DNA of 64,000 nucleotides from Spirochaetes bacterium RBG_16_49_21 (GTDB taxonomy: Bacteria > Spirochaetota > UBA4802 > UBA5550), in contig MIBJ01000037.1 of the NCBI GenBank assembly GCA_001829495.1, forward strand, positions 107,443-171,442, read 5' to 3'. The notes beneath the pieces are model-generated. The model worked only from the letters and a program-made list of their open reading frames with translations. It did no database searches and was not told where the DNA came from. Made by a program: the position numbers and the translations under genes. Positions 60,691 through 64,000 of this stretch are shown one piece after another (the first letter of the stretch is position 1; the number at the start of each line of letters is the position of its first letter).

Positions 60691-60736
60691 CTAATCAATG
60701 GGAATTATAAACACCGAATGACCAAAAGTCAAGATT

Positions 60737-61432
60737 TTATATTTTTTTATCGCACCGGCCGGACAAATAACAGACCGCGCATTTCGCCTTCTTTTTACAG
60801 TAATCCTTTCCGTGTGCAACGATCAGGGCGTGATATTCATTGTACTCCTGGAGCGTGCCCTTGAAATTGGCGTGAAATATATCCTGCATCTCATGATATT
60901 TTTCATTCCCGGCGAAGATCCCAAGCCGGGTGAATATCCTCCGGGTATATGCGTCGATGACGAATACCTTACGGTTAAGCCCGTACAATAAAATCGAGTC
61001 CGCCGTTTCAGGCCCCACGCCGTTCAGCGAAAGCAGCTCCGCGCGCAGCTCCGAAGTGCCTCTGCCGAGGAGCTCGTCATACCGGAAATCATAGCGCCGG
61101 TACCAGGCGGTGAAATGCTTAATCTTCCCGGCTTTCTGATTATAATAACCGGCCGGGCGGATCATCCCCGCCAATCTCCCGGTGCTGATCTTCCGGATGG
61201 AAACCGGGTCCAGCAATTTATTTTTCTTGAGCGCGGCGATCGCCTTTTCGGCATTGCTCCAGGATACATTCTGGGTGAGGATGGCCCCCGCTGCTATCTC
61301 AAAAAAATCATGCCCGTCGCGGGGTGCATTGACAAAGTATTCGCTCACTAAGGTGCGGGGGTTTACGATGGGCCACCAGCCCTGCGGCCCGTGAAAAGCG
61401 AGGAGTCGTTTATAAATCGACCGGAGACGCAT
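60737..61432 (-). CDS. Endonuclease III-related HhH-GPD family protein with a C-terminal Cys cluster
   Basis: HhH-GPD pattern (ILTQNVSWSNAEKA, LLSLNGVGPETADSILLY, VIDAYTRRI) and a C-terminal C-x6-C-x2-C-x5-C cluster (CKKKAKCAVCYLSGRC). Confidence 0.8.
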   Translation of the reverse strand: MRLRSIYKRLLAFHGPQGWWPIVNPRTLVSEYFVNAPRDGHDFFEIAAGAILTQNVSWSNAEKAIAALKKNKLLDPVSIRKISTGRLAGMIRPAGYYNQKAGKIKHFTAWYRRYDFRYDELLGRGTSELRAELLSLNGVGPETADSILLYGLNRKVFVIDAYTRRIFTRLGIFAGNEKYHEMQDIFHANFKGTLQEYNEYHALIVAHGKDYCKKKAKCAVCYLSGRCDKKI

Positions 61433-61456
61433 CTGGCGAAAATATCCGGCGGGCCC

Positions 61457-61963
61457 TTACGGCGTGACCGGCAGCCGCTTCGATTCCGACTGGTCCGCGA
61501 GGATGACCCCCTCCTCCTTGTATTTTTTCAGGAGAAAATGGGATACCGTGGACTGGACGCCCTGTATGGTGGCGAGCTTCTCGGATACGAACTGGGCGAC
61601 CTCGCGCAGGTTTTCGCCCTCGACCTGCACCAGGAGATCGTATCCTCCTGAAAGAAGAAACACGGAGCTGACTTCCGGGAAACGGTATATGGCCTCAGCC
61701 ACTGAATCGAATCCCACCTTGCGCTCGGGGATCACCTTCACTTCTATGAGGGCCTTGACCTCATTCAGCCGTATCCTCTGCCAGTTTATGCTGGTGTGGT
61801 ATCCGAGAATTATCCGGTCCTCCTCAAATTTTTTAACATATTTCTTTACCTTATCCGCGGTACTGTTGATCTGTCTGGCTATTTCGTCAGAATCGACTTT
61901 TGAGTCTTTACGCAGGATTTCAAGGATCTGCTCGCCGATTTCATCAACCCGATACGGTTTCAT
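61457..61963 (-). CDS. Lrp/AsnC-family transcriptional regulator
   Basis: N-terminal HTH (ILEILRKDSKVDSDEIARQINSTADKVKKYVKKFEE) and a C-terminal RAM/AsnC_trans_reg domain. AAGGAG Shine-Dalgarno sequence upstream. Confidence 0.85.
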   Translation of the reverse strand: MKPYRVDEIGEQILEILRKDSKVDSDEIARQINSTADKVKKYVKKFEEDRIILGYHTSINWQRIRLNEVKALIEVKVIPERKVGFDSVAEAIYRFPEVSSVFLLSGGYDLLVQVEGENLREVAQFVSEKLATIQGVQSTVSHFLLKKYKEEGVILADQSESKRLPVTP

Positions 61964-62006
61964 AGGCTACTCCTTTGAGGCGGCATTCTATACGATGATT
62001 CCCGGC

Positions 62007-62219
62007 TTACTCTTTTTTATCATCCTTTTTTTCGTCATCGCTCTTTTCACTGTGCTCGCCCGAAATAGATTTTTTAAACTCCCGGATTCCGCTCCCCAGG
62101 TCCTTTGCGATCTTGGGCAATTTGTTCGCGCCGAACACGACCAGAACGATCAAAAAGATTAATATGAGCTCCCACGGACCAAGGGTGTTTAAAAAGGCTA
62201 AATTCACTCCAGTATTCAT
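62007..62219 (-). CDS. tatA: Twin-arginine translocase subunit TatA/E
   Basis: GPWELILIFLIVLVVFGANKLPKIAKDLGSGIREFKKS is the canonical TatA TM plus amphipathic helix. I chose the ATG at 62219 (MNTGV...), preceded by AGGAGGTG; the track start at 62225 is GTG. Confidence 0.88.
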   Translation of the reverse strand: MNTGVNLAFLNTLGPWELILIFLIVLVVFGANKLPKIAKDLGSGIREFKKSISGEHSEKSDDEKKDDKKE

Positions 62220-62322
62220 AATCACCTCCTACCGGACAATCTGCTAAAATTAAGTCATTACCATGACTATCGCGCCTGTTTGTCAAATTAAATTCTGGCG
62301 GGACAAAAGGAGGGAATGCCGT

Positions 62323-64000
62323 CTATACGGCAGGGCTGAAGCGGATGATCTTCTCTTCGGGGTCTTCGTAGTATTTCACGTTGTCAATGGGGGAATCGAT
62401 TCTCTTGATGCTCTTCCTGATACTGATGACCGTTCCCGGATAAGCCTTGTTCTTTATGATTATGCACGGTTCACGCTCAAGCTTCAGTTTGTCCTGCACC
62501 TCTTTGCTCTGTTCGACATATTTCTTGAGCTCTCTGTTGTTGTCGCTGAGCTGTTTCAACAACAAGAGGCAGTTCTTCTTCCTGGCCGGAAGCAGCTTCT
62601 CGATGAATTCCTTTGGATTGTCAAAGACCGCCTCCCCGAAGCTGAGCTTCAGTTTGTTCACGACCTCGTCGACGGCCTTCCGCCACTTGGATATCTCTTT
62701 ATGAATATCCTGCAGCTCCCGTTCGATAAAGAGGTTCCTGCCGACGTTGAGCTGCGTCTCGGTTTCATTGGGCGATCCGGATACATTGACCATTATCTCA
62801 TACAGGGCCGTCGTCCTCCCGCCGATGATCTTTCCCTGCTTGGCGACAACGCTGATCCTGTTGTTGGAAAATACATCGCAGTTGATGATCGAATCCTCGA
62901 CCACGACATCGCCTGTAGCCTCGACATTGGCGTTGAGCAGATACTTGGCCGTGACCTTGCCGTTCGCGACCAGCTTGACGTTCTCCTTGCCGACCACCCC
63001 CATCTTCACGGTGATATCGCCGGCGGATTCCAGGTAGGCGTCGTCCACATTTTTCTCGATTATGATATCGCCGTTGGCCTTGACGGAAAATCCGGGCAGA
63101 ACCGATCCCATGATATGCACGGAGCCGTTGAAATCGATATTCCCGGTATCGTAATTAACGTCGCCCTGGATATAGGCGACGGGGAGCACGGATATCTTAT
63201 TGGCATTAATGTCCAGACATCCGTCGATTGAAGACACAAAAATGTTTTCGTCGCCGACCGACTGAACCAAATTCTCCCCCTTCAGGTATCCTGCGACCTT
63301 TTCAAATTCAGCGAAGGACTTATCCCCGTACACGTCATACCCGTCCGCGGGTTTCACGGCAGGTATTCTGCGTAAGACATCCTGGCCTTTTTTTACCTCA
63401 ATTATCGAGCCCACTTCCTTGAAGTCGATGCTCCCGTCCGATTTGATCTCGCCCGCCTTTTTCTTTATGTTTATGAGGGGAAGATAATATTCTTCGTGTC
63501 CCTTCAGCGGCTCCCTTCCCTGGGCCACCAGAATTCTCGTGAATTGAGGCGCGGCAGGATCGACCGCGTCGAGCTGCTCCTGTACCTTCTTCTGCTCAAG
63601 GCGCGATATTATTTTATAGCTGTGCAGCGTCTCATCAATGTCCGCCATTGTCGGGAACTTTCCGAATTTCGTGGGATAAACCGCAAAGTACGCCTTGAGC
63701 TTGTCTCTGCCGACGCTAACGGGAGACAGCCAGCGGATCCTTTGGCCGTCCAGGATAACGAAGCCGTACGCCGACGCCTTATAGGCGTTCATTGTTTCAT
63801 CATAATAAATGCCCGTGTCCGCCTTTACGGACAGGAAATCATAAATATGGTAGTATTCATACCCGGGGTCAAGCCGGCTGGGGATCTGGTCTTCGGAATC
63901 TACGTTGATGATGCGGGCGACGATTTCCGATGCGTTCACGAAGTTATACGGGGAAGAGAGCACATACTTCTTTTCTCCATCCTCGGTAACCTTTTCCTGG
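62323..64000 (-). CDS. FapA/DUF342-family protein (possibly 5'-truncated by the window edge)
   Basis: The beta-helix-like repeat region DVNYDTGNIDFNGSVHIMGSVLPGFSVKANGDIIIEKNVDDAYLESAGDITV... and the C-terminal coiled coil are typical of DUF342. The track start at 63963 is GTG, and the frame stays open upstream to base 64000 (my translation QEKVTEDGEKKY-V...). Confidence 0.8.
   Translation of the reverse strand, partial: QEKVTEDGEKKYVLSSPYNFVNASEIVARIINVDSEDQIPSRLDPGYEYYHIYDFLSVKADTGIYYDETMNAYKASAYGFVILDGQRIRWLSPVSVGRDKLKAYFAVYPTKFGKFPTMADIDETLHSYKIISRLEQKKVQEQLDAVDPAAPQFTRILVAQGREPLKGHEEYYLPLINIKKKAGEIKSDGSIDFKEVGSIIEVKKGQDVLRRIPAVKPADGYDVYGDKSFAEFEKVAGYLKGENLVQSVGDENIFVSSIDGCLDINANKISVLPVAYIQGDVNYDTGNIDFNGSVHIMGSVLPGFSVKANGDIIIEKNVDDAYLESAGDITVKMGVVGKENVKLVANGKVTAKYLLNANVEATGDVVVEDSIINCDVFSNNRISVVAKQGKIIGGRTTALYEIMVNVSGSPNETETQLNVGRNLFIERELQDIHKEISKWRKAVDEVVNKLKLSFGEAVFDNPKEFIEKLLPARKKNCLLLLKQLSDNNRELKKYVEQSKEVQDKLKLEREPCIIIKNKAYPGTVISIRKSIKRIDSPIDNVKYYEDPEEKIIRFSPAV

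Overview
Gene-dense 64-kb chromosomal segment of a bacterium. I cannot assign a taxon. The gene content (FecR-linked class III adenylate cyclase, dual-cNMP Crp-like regulator, FapA/DUF342, SPOR, McsA-McsB-ClpC, short-type LeuCD) is reminiscent of spirochaete-like or other environmental diderm lineages, but that is inference only.

I call 47 protein-coding genes, of which one is truncated at the left edge and one probably at the right. I saw no rRNA, tRNA, CRISPR array, transposase, integrase or phage genes.

Blocks in order:
- (1) A minus-strand operon: family-5 peptide ABC binding protein, two permeases, a lipoprotein, a PPP phosphatase and an FGE/SUMF1-domain protein. It has no ABC ATPase genes.
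- (2) A stand-alone ATP-grasp (AcdB-like) gene.
- (3) A 1046-aa fusion of an Endonuclease-Q-like PHP nuclease with a UvrD-type helicase, isolated between two repeat-bearing intergenic regions.
- (4) A translationally coupled operon of Cache/HAMP adenylate cyclase, FecR with five tandem repeat modules, and a putative outer-membrane protein.
- (5) A B12-binding radical SAM enzyme and a degenerate GDPD-like protein.
- (6) corC and recO.
- (7) A divergent beta-oxidation cluster (crotonase, thiolase, fadI, fadJ, acyl-CoA dehydrogenase).
- (8) An HExxH protein, a Na/Pi cotransporter, purB, an orphan RND pump and a PAP2 gene.
- (9) miaB, a TPR-SPOR protein and mutS.
- (10) A dual-cNMP Crp-like regulator and an AsmA-like protein.
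- (11) leuCD, clpC, mcsB and mcsA.
- (12) An envelope-modification-like cluster: ATP-grasp, two methyltransferases, an LtaS/sulfatase-like membrane protein and a PAP2.
- (13) Citrate synthase, pgi, an EndoIII-related protein, Lrp, tatA and FapA.

The least ordinary material:
- The EndoQ-UvrD fusion.
- Several families of G/C-rich nested palindromic intergenic elements. One family has three copies, each 17-31 nt upstream of a start codon in the same orientation, with G-quadruplex-type motifs.
- The cyclase-FecR-OMP module.
- The ATPase-less ABC operon.
- The ATP-grasp/methyltransferase/LtaS-like cluster.

I found no recognisable defence, toxin-antitoxin or mobile system. All functional calls rest on motif recognition by eye, and no searches were run.
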